From: Gracilinanus agilis
Taxonomy: Eukaryota
Length of the DNA stretch: 64,000 nt
Reading direction: 5' to 3'
Assembly: GCF_016433145.1 (NCBI RefSeq)
Contig: NC_058130.1
Span: forward strand, 720,750,944-720,814,943
Positions 48,972 to 59,846 of this stretch are shown in pieces. Positions within the stretch are counted from its first letter, which is position 1; every line of letters begins with the position of its first letter. Below the pieces are notes generated by a model. The model saw nothing but the letters and a program-made list of their open reading frames with translations. It was not told the origin of the DNA and did no database searches. The position numbers and the translations under genes are program-made.

Positions 48972-49290
48972 ACTTACAGTGCATCACCAAGAAGCAATGC
49001 TTGACTGATATTACTTCTGTCCTAGATTGTTGTCAGGAAGGAAGACACCAGCTCTTCCTTGGAGAACAGGTAGAGAAAAGGCGTTGGGGACAGGGAGTGA
49101 GGTATCAGAGAGGCACGAGTAGACTCCTTCTTGTCCTGGAACTGATGGTTTCCCTAGGGGCAATGACAAGTAGGGGAATATTTTTGATTTCTAGAATAAT
49201 AGAGACTCATCCCCATGGCTCCTCATTAGGCAAATCATACAATTGTCTTTCCATTCCTGGAGCATTTCCGCTCCCTGTGGGAACACAAGG
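48972..49290 (-). promoter_or_regulatory. Predicted OR promoter, non-coding exon 1 and splice donor (copy 3; for the OR at 40399)
   Basis: CTAATGAGGAGCCATGGGGAT at 49229..49209; O/E-like TCCCTAGGGG at 49151..49160; donor CT|GTAAGT at 48977..48972. Confidence 0.6.
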
Positions 49291-49429
49291 AGCCCTGGCA
49301 GCAAACTTCCTAATAATGAGAACTGCCCAACAATGGAATATGCTATTTCATGGTTATATGCTATATGTCACTGAGAGAAAGGTTTAAGCATTGTCCATTA
49401 CTGCCTTCATCCTCTCCTTCACTGTAAAA

Positions 49430-51030
49430 TTTTTCACACATCTTTAGATGACATAATTTACCCTATTCTATCTTTCCCTACCCTTTCCTCTCAGTGCAAT
49501 CCTTTTTTATACCATCCTAATCTGCTTACTTCTATACCCTCTTATTCTTTATACTCTTTCTAATAGCTCTAATTCTGATAAAATTGTTTTTAAGAATTAC
49601 AAATATCATCTTTCCATGTAGGAATTCATACAGCTTGACCTTATTGAATCCCTTGAACTTTCTCTTTCTTAATCACCTGCTTCTTTTGGATTTTTGTATT
49701 TGGATATTAAATTTCCTCTTTAGGTCTAGTCTATTCATCAGAAATGCTTGGAAACCTATTTTATAAAATGACCATCCCTCTTGAAAGAATATACTCAGTT
49801 TTGTTGGATAGGCAATTCTAGGCTAAAACCTAGATCTTTTGCTTTCTGAAATGTCATATTCCAATTCTTCTGATCCTTTAATGTGGAGATTGATAAATCC
49901 TATGTAATCCTGCCTGTAGTTCCATGGTGTTTAAGTTGTTTCTTTCTAGTTGCTTGCAGTATTTGTTTGGGGACACTTGAATCTAGCTATAATATTCCTG
50001 GGAGCTTTCCTTTGCGGATTTATTTCCAGAGGTGTTTTGTAGATTCTTTCAATTTTTATTTTACCCTCTTGTTCAAGAATATCAGGACAATTTTCTTTGA
50101 TAATTTCTTGTGTTATGATATTCAGGATTTTAAAAAATCAAGAATCCAACAATTCTTAAATTGTTTCCCCACATCTATTTTCCAAGTTTTTTCAATGAAA
50201 TTATTTCATATTTTCTTCTGTTTTTTTCATTCTTTTAATTTTGTTTTACCGACTTTTGATGTCTTAAGAAGTCATTAGTGCCTAGTTGTCCAATTCTAAT
50301 TTCTAAAGAATGATTTTCTTATGTGGTTTTGAACCTCTTTTTTATTTGGCCAATTCTGCTGTTATTTTCTTCTTGCATTTTGTTTCCTTTCTCTTCCCCA
50401 TTTTCCTCTGCCTCTCTTAATTGATCTTGGAAATAATTTTTGAACTCTGAGACCCATTCATGTTTTTATTTGAAACTTTGTATGTGTTTGCTTTGCTTTT
50501 CATTGTTCCCTTCTGGGTCTGTGCTCAGTCTTCTTTGTCTCCTTGAAAACATTTCTATGGTTAGGTGTTGTTTTTTTATGTTTACTCATTATCATAGACT
50601 TTTTATTGACTTTCACTTTCATCTTAAAGCTGCGCTCTGTTCTCAAGGTAGAGAAGGCACTTTCTTAAATTTTAGTTTTTCCTTGATGCTACCCATAGCT
50701 CTATTTCTGGGTTTCTGCCAAGTTTCATTCCAATGTGACATGATGGCCTGTAGGCTGAGAACTCTGCTGATTCAATTACCCCTTGAAACTGCTGATGACT
50801 TGCAGAGGTCAGAGCAATGTGAGCTTCCCTGTGTAGGAGCTCAAAGTCTCACCTCAGCCTTGGATGGGGGCTTTTGGTCTCACTCTGGGCTTGATCAGGT
50901 TAGGCATACTGTGGACTGTTTTGCCCTGGGGCTTGTAACTTAGTCTGCCTTGAGTTTCAGTAAGGGTTAGCTCTGAGTCTTGGTCTGGGCTTACACAAGC
51001 CAGCCCACTTCAGACTGTTTTGTGCTGAAG
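49430..51030 (-). mobile_element. Old L1, ORF1/inter-ORF region plus 5' part
   Basis: Antisense L1 ORF1 sequence (GCTTTCTGAAATGTCATATTCCAA...AATCCTATGTAATCCTG); boundaries approximate. Confidence 0.7.
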
Positions 51031-51551
51031 TTTGATTTTGCAAGGGATTTCAAAATTTCTGATCCTTAGGAGAAATGTCACCAGAGTGCTTAGGTACTTG
51101 AGCCTTAGAGATAACTGAAATCTTATCCCCTCTTGTCTGTAAGGGGAATGGAACAAGAGCTGTCTTGCATGAGCTTGCATTTCAGCAAAAAAAAATGCAG
51201 AAAATGGCAGAAAATGTGTAGACAAACTTAGAGGTGCTTGTAAGAGTCTTTGGGAACATATTGCCACCACAATAGAGGTAGACTGTAGCTGTGGTGATGT
51301 GAGGAGAAGGGCTTCCCACCTGTCTCCTGTCATAGCCTACAACATCTTGGCCATGATGTAAAAGCTCAGCAGAAAACTGCATCCAAATAGATAATGTTTA
51401 GCTGGAACTGAAGTATGAGAGATTTTGAAGGAAGTTATACCCATTCTATGATTGACTGATAATCTCAATTCTAGTACTGTTTCCTTTCTGCTCTTGCTGT
51501 TCTCTCAAGTGAGAGAACAATCTCCACCTCCCAATATTTGATTGTTTACTT

Positions 51552-51740
51552 CCTTTTTTTTTTAAACCCTTCACTTCTGTGTATTAGTTCCTTGGTGGAA
51601 GATTGGTAAGGGTAGGCAATGGGGGTCAAGTGACTTGCCCAGGGTCACACAGCTGGGAAGTGTCTGAGGCCAGATTTGAACCTAGGACCTCCTGTCTCTA
51701 GGCCTGGCTCTCACTCCACTGAGCTACCCAGCTGCCCCCC
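51552..51740 (-). mobile_element. SINE1_Mdo-type SINE, young
   Basis: TSD ATTGTTTACTT at 51541..51551 and 51742..51752. Confidence 0.92.
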
Positions 51741-52038
51741 AATTGTTTACTTTCAAAAGAAAATGGTTTCTTTAAGATATTGTTCAGTTTGTGCATATAT
51801 GTCTGAAATTAGGTTTGCTTTAGGACAATCTCCAAGAAGTTTCCGGGATGAAGGTTTAAAGCAAATTGAGAATATTTTTATTAGAAGATTTTAAGCTCTC
51901 CTAAAGCAGAGAGGCCCAAGTAAATGTGTACCTAGCCATTGAATCAATCAATCTGTTAATAAGCATTTTTGAAGTCCTACTCTGTGTGCCTGACACTGTT
52001 AAATCCTGGGGATACAAACAATGTGAAAAAAGAAAGAA

Positions 52039-52258
52039 GGGCAGCTACGTGGTCCAGTAGATAGAGTGTCAGAACTGGTCAGTTCTTAAACCCTTACTAC
52101 TCCTGAGACTCTAGGCTAATCATTTAACCTTCCTTGCCTCAGTTTCCTTATTTATAAAATCAGCTGGAAAAGGAAGTAGCAAGTAGTATCTTTGCCAAGA
52201 AAAGTTCAAACCTAGTCATGAAGAGTTGGACACAACTGAAATGAATGTAAAACAACAA
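52039..52258 (+). mobile_element. Mar1-type SINE
   Basis: CORE plus AGTATCTTTGCCAAGAAAAG...GAAGAGTTGGACACAACTGAA tail. Confidence 0.8.
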
Positions 52259-52304
52259 TAAATTCTCTTTCTTTCCTACTCTTTCTTTTGAAGGGAGGAG
52301 TTAA

Positions 52305-52580
52305 GAGAGAGCGATTCTGCTTCAAAGAAATTGAGAGTTAGAGAGAGACAGAAACAGATTGAGAGAGGAGGAAAAGAGAAAGGAGCGGGAGAAAAAGAGA
52401 GAGAGGGAGAGTGAGAAACAGAAAGACAGAGAAACAGAGAGGGAGACAGAAACAAAGACATAGACAGACAGAGATAGACAGAAAGAGATTGAGAAGGGGG
52501 AGAGAGACAGAGAGAAAAAGAAAGGGTGGGGATGGAGACAGGGACAAAGGGAGAGAGACAGACACATGGAGTGAGAGAGA
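52305..52580 (+). repeat. Purine-rich (GA/GACA)n low-complexity tract
   Basis: About 275 nt almost free of pyrimidines on the plus strand. Confidence 0.9.
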
Positions 52581-53699
52581 ATGTGATTTTCCTTTCCAAC
52601 TAAAATAATTTCAATTTCCAGTAATTGTTAAACTTGGATTCTTGTGGAATTCTAGAGATTTCTGCTTGTATTTTTCCTGCATTGCAGATGTTCTTTATGG
52701 CATCTAAGTTGATGAACATGGATAGGTAGTTTTGTCACTACTTTTCCTTTTCACTTTAAAGTCCACTTGATTAGATTTGTAAATCTTCAGGAAAAAGCAT
52801 TTTTTATAACATGAAATAAAATCAATGGAAAAAAACATTTATTAAGATCCAACTGTGTATAAAGAAAACATTTTCAATGTGTTGTAGCTACAAATACAAG
52901 AAATAAAGGGAGAAAAAATGTACAAAGACAGATAAATATACATATATGCATACATAATATAAATGTATTCACATAAATAACACACATACGTAAACACAAC
53001 TATTACTAGGTGCCTTCTGTGTATGGCCATGACCTATTTATTTCCGTATTTTTCACTTCATCTAGAAATTAAAATTCTATCTTTAGACATCATCCTCTTA
53101 ACCTCCCTCCAATATTTACATTTCACTTCCAAAATTTATGCTCAACATCAGCAGCAGTAATTACACATAACTTGTGCTTCTAACATCTTTGATTTTTTAC
53201 CCAAAACTTTCTCATTCTTAGCAACAGTTTGCTACCTCCTTCAGGCAATTAGATTTGTACCAAAATGAATTTCCAGTTCTGTGTAGAAATGGGCAATTTT
53301 TTGCAAATCTAGGGAGTCTCACCTTCATGTGATAGATCTATTCTGCAGAGAAAGAAGATGTCTCCATTTTTATTGTGACATTAGAGAAATTAATATCTTG
53401 ATATCCTGAATGAATTACTATGCATACTTCTTTATCTCTTTTTCTCCTGATTCTTCCTGAAAGACTCCTCACTTAACAGTGCCCTTAGATCCATATCTTG
53501 TGGGAGAAACAGTTTCTTCCTAGCTTCCTTTTCTTGGGACAATATGCATTTCAATTACTGATCTCCAAATGTTTGACTAGCTTATTTCTTTCCTTTATGG
53601 TACTATTTTTTTTTACCATTTATCATACTAACATAAATCTAGATCTCCTTGTCTCTTTCGGTTTTTCTTTTGAGAACTGAAGCTGGGCCTTTCATTTTA

Positions 53700-54650
53700 A
53701 AAGTTTTGTCTCTTAAAATGTATTTTAATTTATTTAATTGTTTCCCAGTTATACATAAAATTTTTAATATTCATTAAGCACTTTAAGAGTTCCATATACT
53801 CTCCCTCACTCTTGTTTCTTCCCATCATCTGAGAAGGCAAGCAATATTATAGCAATTATGCATGTGAATTCATGCAAAACATATTTTCATATTGTCCATG
53901 GCCCTTTGGAATTGTCTTGGATCATTGTTTTGATCTGAGTACCCAAGTCTTTTGCAATTGATCATTCTTACAATATTGTTGTTACCATGCACAAATTTTC
54001 CTGGTTCTGCTCACTTTACCTTGTATGAATTCATATAAGTCTTCCAGGTTTTTGTGAAATTATTGTGCTTATTATTTCTTTTATGCGATAACTGCAGCAT
54101 AACATTTTATTTTTTAATATTTTATTTCTTCCCCTATTACATGCAAAAACAATTTTTAACATTCATTTAAAAAGTTTGGGGTTCCAGATTTTTTCCATTC
54201 TTTTTTCCCTCCTTCCCTTCCTCTCTGTTTTCCCCTTTCCTGAGAAGGCAAGCAATGTGATACAGATTTTATATGTGTAATTATGTAGAACATTTTTTCA
54301 TATTAGTTTGTGGAAGAGTTCTCAAATGCAAAAGATAAAAAAATGAATATGGCATGTTTCATTCTTCATTCAGATTCTAGTTCTTTCTTTGAAGGCAGAA
54401 TGCTCATCATTTCCAATAGCATCAGAATCATATGACACAACTTGTTCAACCATTCCCCAATTCATGAGTATGCACTTGATTTCCAATTCTTGCCACCACA
54501 AAAAGAGCTATCATGAATATGTTTCACAATTGGTACTTTCCCCTTTACTTTTATCTCATTGGGATACAGAACTAGAAGTTGTATATGTTTTATATGCTGG
54601 TTCCTAAAGGTATATACAGTTTTGTAGCTCTTTGTTTCCTCCTCATTTTT
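53700..54650 (-). mobile_element. Stacked L1 3'-end fragments
   Basis: Two CTGAGAAGGCAAGCAAT-type 3' UTR ends (about 53830 and 54240) plus CCAATTCTTGCCACCACAAAAAGAGC. Confidence 0.7.
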
Positions 54651-56372
54651 ATAGAACACTGTTATCCCCAAAGAGAGGGATGCATTCTTTGAAGTTCTTT
54701 TCTGTTTCTACTATGAATCAGAGCTGTCGATATTTTGAGCATAGATAGAAATTATTTGTTTTTGGCAGAAAGACAAACATTGTATACTATTTGGTTCTCT
54801 GCATAATTCTCCATATCCTCCATACTTCCTGGAAGGAAAATCCTCAGTCCTTTGTAATTCTTGCTAAGAGTTCTTGTAGTCAGTTTTCATGGAGAACATA
54901 TCAGTTAGAGATGTCCAACAATAGTGGTCTGGACTGAGTTAAGAGGTAGTGAGTTTCTTATCATTGGAAGAGGACAAGTAGAAAGAATTTGGAGCTAGAA
55001 GAAAGCTTATGCATCATCCAGCCCAACTTTCTAGTTTTACAGATGATGCAAATGGAAGTGGGAGGTTAAGCAACTTGCCCAAGGTCACTAAACTAGCAAA
55101 TAGTAGGGTTCAGATGTAAATCACAATCTTACTCAAATTCTTATATACCTGCTACAACTGCACAGTTAGAAGTTTACATATAAAGAGGATTGTTCCATTT
55201 GTAGGAAGTTGACTTAGAGAACTTCTAATTTCTATTACAGAACAAGATTCTATGACTTCATGATTCTAAGGTGAAGGAGTAAAATCAAATAGTAATAATA
55301 TTATTATTAATATTTTGGCTACTAAATGATATTGTTGTATTTTAAAGTTTGTAAAGCATTTTACAAATATCTCATTTGGCCTTCATAATACTCTTATTAG
55401 GTAGATGCTGTTATTCTCTGTATAGGAATATATGAGATATTTCTAAAGTGCTTTGCAACCCTCAAAGTACTATATAATGTTAGCTATTATTGTTGTTATT
55501 ATTTTACAGAGATTTGGAGGTGTAAGGTAACTTACTCAAGGTCCCACAGCATATAAGCTGATACAGAGTTTGAACTCACTTCTTTTTAATGATAACTAAA
55601 TTACTTAATCCACTAGACAATGCTACATCCTATCAAATCCTTTCTCCTTTTGTGTTCACAAAAATAGTTCCAATGTCTAATTAGGATAGAGGATTACACT
55701 GGATAATTGAACATTTGATTAGCAAAACACAGGCTCTGGTAGGATTTGAGCCATATTGGAGAAGATTTGTAAATATGCTTAGGAATATACTGTTGTCCAA
55801 GGAACCATTTAAAGATTAAAAATTGGCAAATAGTATTGAATTTTTTTTTTTGGCTGGAGTAACAACACAAGAAACTAGGGATAGGAAAGTAGGTGTCTCA
55901 TGGAGGGAGCATGAATAGCAACAAAATGAAAACTCCCTCTTTTCCATTCCCTTTCTCTTTCTGAAACTTTATAGGACTTTACAACTTTTTGCATGCTTTT
56001 TCTTAAATCATTTCATTTGATTCACACACAGGAATTAGTCTTGTGGTAAGACTTCCTATAATGACCATTTACACAAATGAAAAGATTGAGGCTCAGAGAA
56101 AATAAGTAACTTATCCAAAGTATACAAAATATGACCCAAAGACTAGAAAAAAGGTCTCTCCAAATTCTATATCTAGTGTTTCTTTAGAAAGAATGGGTTT
56201 TGTGACAGAATAGGTCATGAAAAATCAGAGTGCAACATTAAAGAAAGTCTAGAAATAGATATCATGAAAAATTCTATAAGTGACAGCAAAAAGATCATAC
56301 AGTCATTAAAGTAGGACCAAAGATAGTCATTGGACTTCACACTTTGAATCCAAGGTTTCAGTCTGCCAGACT

Positions 56373-56585
56373 ATTTTTTATTTAAAAAAAAAAAAGCTTA
56401 ATTTCCATCTTAGAATCAATACTGTGTATTGGTTCCAAGGCAGAAGAGTGTTAAGGGCTAGGCAATGGGGGCTAAATGACTTGCCCAGAGTCACACAACT
56501 GAGAAGTATCTGAGGCTAGATTTAAACCCATTATCTCCTATCTCTAGGCCTGGTTCTCAATCCACTGAGCCACCCAGCTGCTCCC
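56373..56585 (-). mobile_element. SINE1_Mdo-type SINE (paralog of 39194..39402)
   Basis: Same TSD and the same departures from the other SINE1 copies in the window. Confidence 0.9.
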
Positions 56586-56646
56586 CAGTCTGCTAGAATC
56601 TTGATTTCAGATACTGATTCCATATTCCAAGGGTGATGCCCAATCA

Positions 56647-57582
56647 CTAAGAGGATGCTGTTCTACTAATAATCCTCTTCAAGGCATCCTTTATATCTTT
56701 GTTTCTCAGACTATAAATGAAGGGGTTCAGCATGGGGGTTACCACAGAGTACATCACTGAGGCAATTGAGATATTCCTAGAGGAGTGGGTAATTGCAGAA
56801 CTCAGATATACTCCAAGACCTGTCCCATAGAATAATGAAACAACACAGATGTGAGACCCACAGGTAGAAAAGGCTTTATATTTCCCCCCACGTGATGGTA
56901 CTTTTAATATTGAGGAGCAGATCTGAGAATAAGAGAAAAGGATCCCTGTGAGGGGCAGAACACCCAGGAGACCAGTTGCACAATATACTACTATGGTATT
57001 AATGAGGGTATCAGAACAAGAAATCTTCATAACTTCACTAAGATCACAGTAAAAGTGGGAAATTTCACGTTCTGTGCAGAAGGACAGCCTCATCATCATT
57101 AGAATTTGGAAAATGGAGTTTAGAATACTTATGGTCCATGAGATCAGAATCAGGAGACTACAAATCCGTGGACTCATTATAGTGACATAGTGTAGAGGGT
57201 GACAGATGGCCACAAAGCGGTCATAGGCCATCACAGTAAGGAGTAAATTGTCTAAACAAATAAAAGAGAGGAAGAAGTACATCTGAGCAAAGCATCCAGC
57301 ATATGAAATGGCATTATTGTATGTTAGCATGTTCACCAGCATCTTGGGGACCAAGGTAGTAACTAGACAGAGATCCACCAGGGACAGATTTGAGAGAAAG
57401 AAGTACATTGGAGTGTGAAGGTGGGAGTCTGAAGCAATGGCCAGCATGATGAGAACATTCCCAAACACAGTGACCAAGTACATGACCAGGAAGAGCCCAA
57501 AGAGGGGCATCTGCTGCTCTTCCTTCTCAGAAATACGGAGGAGAAGAAATTCTGATGTATATGATTGGTTTTCTGGTTCCAT
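56647..57582 (-). CDS. Olfactory receptor, class II, OR7-like, 311 aa, intact ORF
   Basis: All canonical OR motifs present; 53 nt differences from 39464..40399 by manual count. Confidence 0.96.
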   Translation of the reverse strand: MEPENQSYTSEFLLLRISEKEEQQMPLFGLFLVMYLVTVFGNVLIMLAIASDSHLHTPMYFFLSNLSLVDLCLVTTLVPKMLVNMLTYNNAISYAGCFAQMYFFLSFICLDNLLLTVMAYDRFVAICHPLHYVTIMSPRICSLLILISWTISILNSIFQILMMMRLSFCTEREISHFYCDLSEVMKISCSDTLINTIVVYCATGLLGVLPLTGILFSYSQICSSILKVPSRGGKYKAFSTCGSHICVVSLFYGTGLGVYLSSAITHSSRNISIASVMYSVVTPMLNPFIYSLRNKDIKDALKRIISRTASS

Positions 57583-58309
57583 ACATTTGATATATCTACA
57601 AGGAAAGGAAGTGAGAAGTTAACTAAATGGAAATATAGTCATCCCTTATTTTGTAATGGAAAGAACCCTTGATTTAGACTCAGAAGACTCAAGTTTAAAT
57701 GTAAGATCTACAATTTTAGTTTTTTTTCAACAAGTCAGTTCTTCTTTCTGGGTCTCAGTTTCCTTATATTTAAAATGGAGTTGGACTAGGTGACCTCTAA
57801 GTACTTTCAGCTCTCAAATCCTTGGAAACTCCAGTAACCATACTCAGAATTTAAATAATTTATAAATGAAATTATAAAACTTGTTTTAGAATTTGTATTC
57901 TTTTGTTGTGAAAATTAATTGTGAGACATTCAAGTGAATAAATATTTTAAAATAACATATTTTAAAAAGAAAATAAAGATATTTAACTACAAAATGATGG
58001 CAGGAAGTAGAACAAAACATTTATCTTCATTAGGTAGGGACAATTATCAATAATTCAATAAGAAATTAATTACAAAGTAGATGCTCTTTCTAATATGAGA
58101 ATAAAAACAATTTTGAAATAAATTTAAAAAGGAGAAAACAGTGAAATGGGAAATGTATTGATTGTATTTGTGGCAGATAATATCTTGATATCCAAAATAT
58201 ATTCATAAGGAATTATTTAAAAACACAGAAAAATTTCTCTCCTAATAATAAAAGATAGAAACAATTTTTTGAAAATGAATACAAATATTTTAAGTGAAAT
58301 ATTATTTAT

Positions 58310-58721
58310 TGTGTAGTTTAAAATGTTCTAAGTCCTGGGAGACTACAACTCCTAGGACTCCCTACCACAACTTCCTCAGACACCTCCAACTTCCTCTGTG
58401 GGAGGTGTCTGAGAAAGTATAAAAGAGAGAGGTACTGGTGCTTTTGGTGCCTTTTTCCCCCAGAGCAGTTTTTTCTAGAGAACCCATTGGAGATCTACTC
58501 CTAACCTTTCTCTTACATAACTTTTTCTAATCTAAATAAAACTCAGTTAAATAACCCCAGAGACTAGCCTGACTTTTCTACATAAAGATCCTAGCCTACC
58601 CTCTAAAGGGCTCGAGTCAATTTCCTCATACCAGGGCTGGGAGCTACCCTAACTTCCTCTTACTTCCCTACCTTCCTTTTCCCTTCCTTCCATCATTCTT
58701 CCTTCTACCAGCCACATCACA
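58310..58721 (+). mobile_element. ERV1-class solo LTR, 412 bp, copy 2 only
   Basis: TGTG...CACA termini; GTATAAAAG and AAATAAAA; TSD TTAT/TTCT; empty site TTGT at about 41103 in copy 1; same family as 8492..8928. Confidence 0.9.
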
Positions 58722-59513
58722 TTCTCTTGAGATCTGCATTCTTTCTCTTACCTAGCCTCCCTAATTTAGACAGTAATAAAAACAAAACTTCTCTTTCAAA
58801 CAAGTATAATCAACCAAAACAAATTCTTCAAATTCTTAATAATAATTTGAAAATGCTTGTTTACTACTACTAAGAAAGATATAAATTAACATAACTTTAA
58901 GGTAACATCTCAAGCTCATGAAATATGTAAGAAATAATAAAAATTCAACACTGATAAGTTTGATCAGGAATTTGTATGCTCATTCCTTGCAGATGAAATT
59001 ACAAAGTCCTAAAATATTTTTGGAGAACAGTCTGGCATTACATAATATTGAGCAAATAACTACATTGGGGGGAATATATTCTGAAAGTATTAAAAGGATT
59101 AATTCAAAGATATTTGGAGCATCATAAAGTATACATGCAAGAATAAAATCCATCAAAACAATCCTGTTATAGGAAAATAGTTAAATAATTTGTAGTAAAT
59201 TATTGTCAATTAATACTTTAAGTCAATTTTCTATAATGCAACAATGAAGAATACAAAGAACAATAGCAAGATATTTATCAAATAATACAGAGTAAAAAGA
59301 AAAATTACATGGATACAGGACATGCTAGTTATGATTATATAAGAAGTAAAATGAATATCAATAAATGGAATCCTGATGAGGAATTAGAGGAAGTAACAAA
59401 AAATTGTTATAACATATGTTGGAATTTATTCATTTAAAGATAAATAGCTACTAAATAAGTTTAAGTGTATCTATTGATATTCAAATTTTAGTTTGTTTGT
59501 TGTTTTTTTTTTT

Positions 59514-59846
59514 ATAACCCTTACCTTCTGCCTTTGAATCAATTCTGTGGGGTTCAAAGGCAGAAGAACAATAAGGGCTTGGCAATGGAGGACTTGCCCA
59601 GGGTTACATAGCAAGGAAATGCCTGAAAGCCAGATTAATAATCTTTTTTTAAAACCTTTATCTTACATTTTAGAATCGATGCTGTGTATTGTTTCTAAGG
59701 CAGAAGAGTGGTAAGGGCTAGACAATGGGGGTTAAGTAACTTGGCTAGGGTTATACAGCGAGGAAATGTCTGGGGTCTGATTTGAACCCAGGACCTCCCA
59801 TCTTTGAACCTGGCTCTCAATCCACTGAATCCCGTAGGTGCCCTCC
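59514..59846 (-). mobile_element. Two adjacent SINE1 elements: shared truncated copy (59514..59634) and copy-2-specific full copy (59648..59846)
   Basis: Second element has TSD AATAATCTTTT / AATGATCTTTT (59637..59647, 59847..59857); empty site at 42004..42015. Confidence 0.87.

Noticed and set aside
49304-49320. AACTTCCTAATAATGAG, resembling the mouse H/P-element 13-mer AACTTTTTAATGA
   Set aside because: It is the start of a MIR3/L3 tail (AACTTCCTAA...GAACTGCCCAACAATGGAAT). Kept only as evidence of shared ancestry of the promoter modules; exaptation cannot be excluded.
49883-50943. 131-aa and 167-aa plus-strand ORFs
   Set aside because: Antisense to L1 ORF1 and 5' region.
52276-52608. Four overlapping Ser/Leu- or Arg/Glu-rich ORFs
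   Set aside because: Translation of a GA microsatellite.
53040-53690. Possible ancient LINE endonuclease remnant on the minus strand
   Set aside because: Only vague peptide resemblance (FRKNQEKR, FYTELE); cannot be assigned without a profile search.
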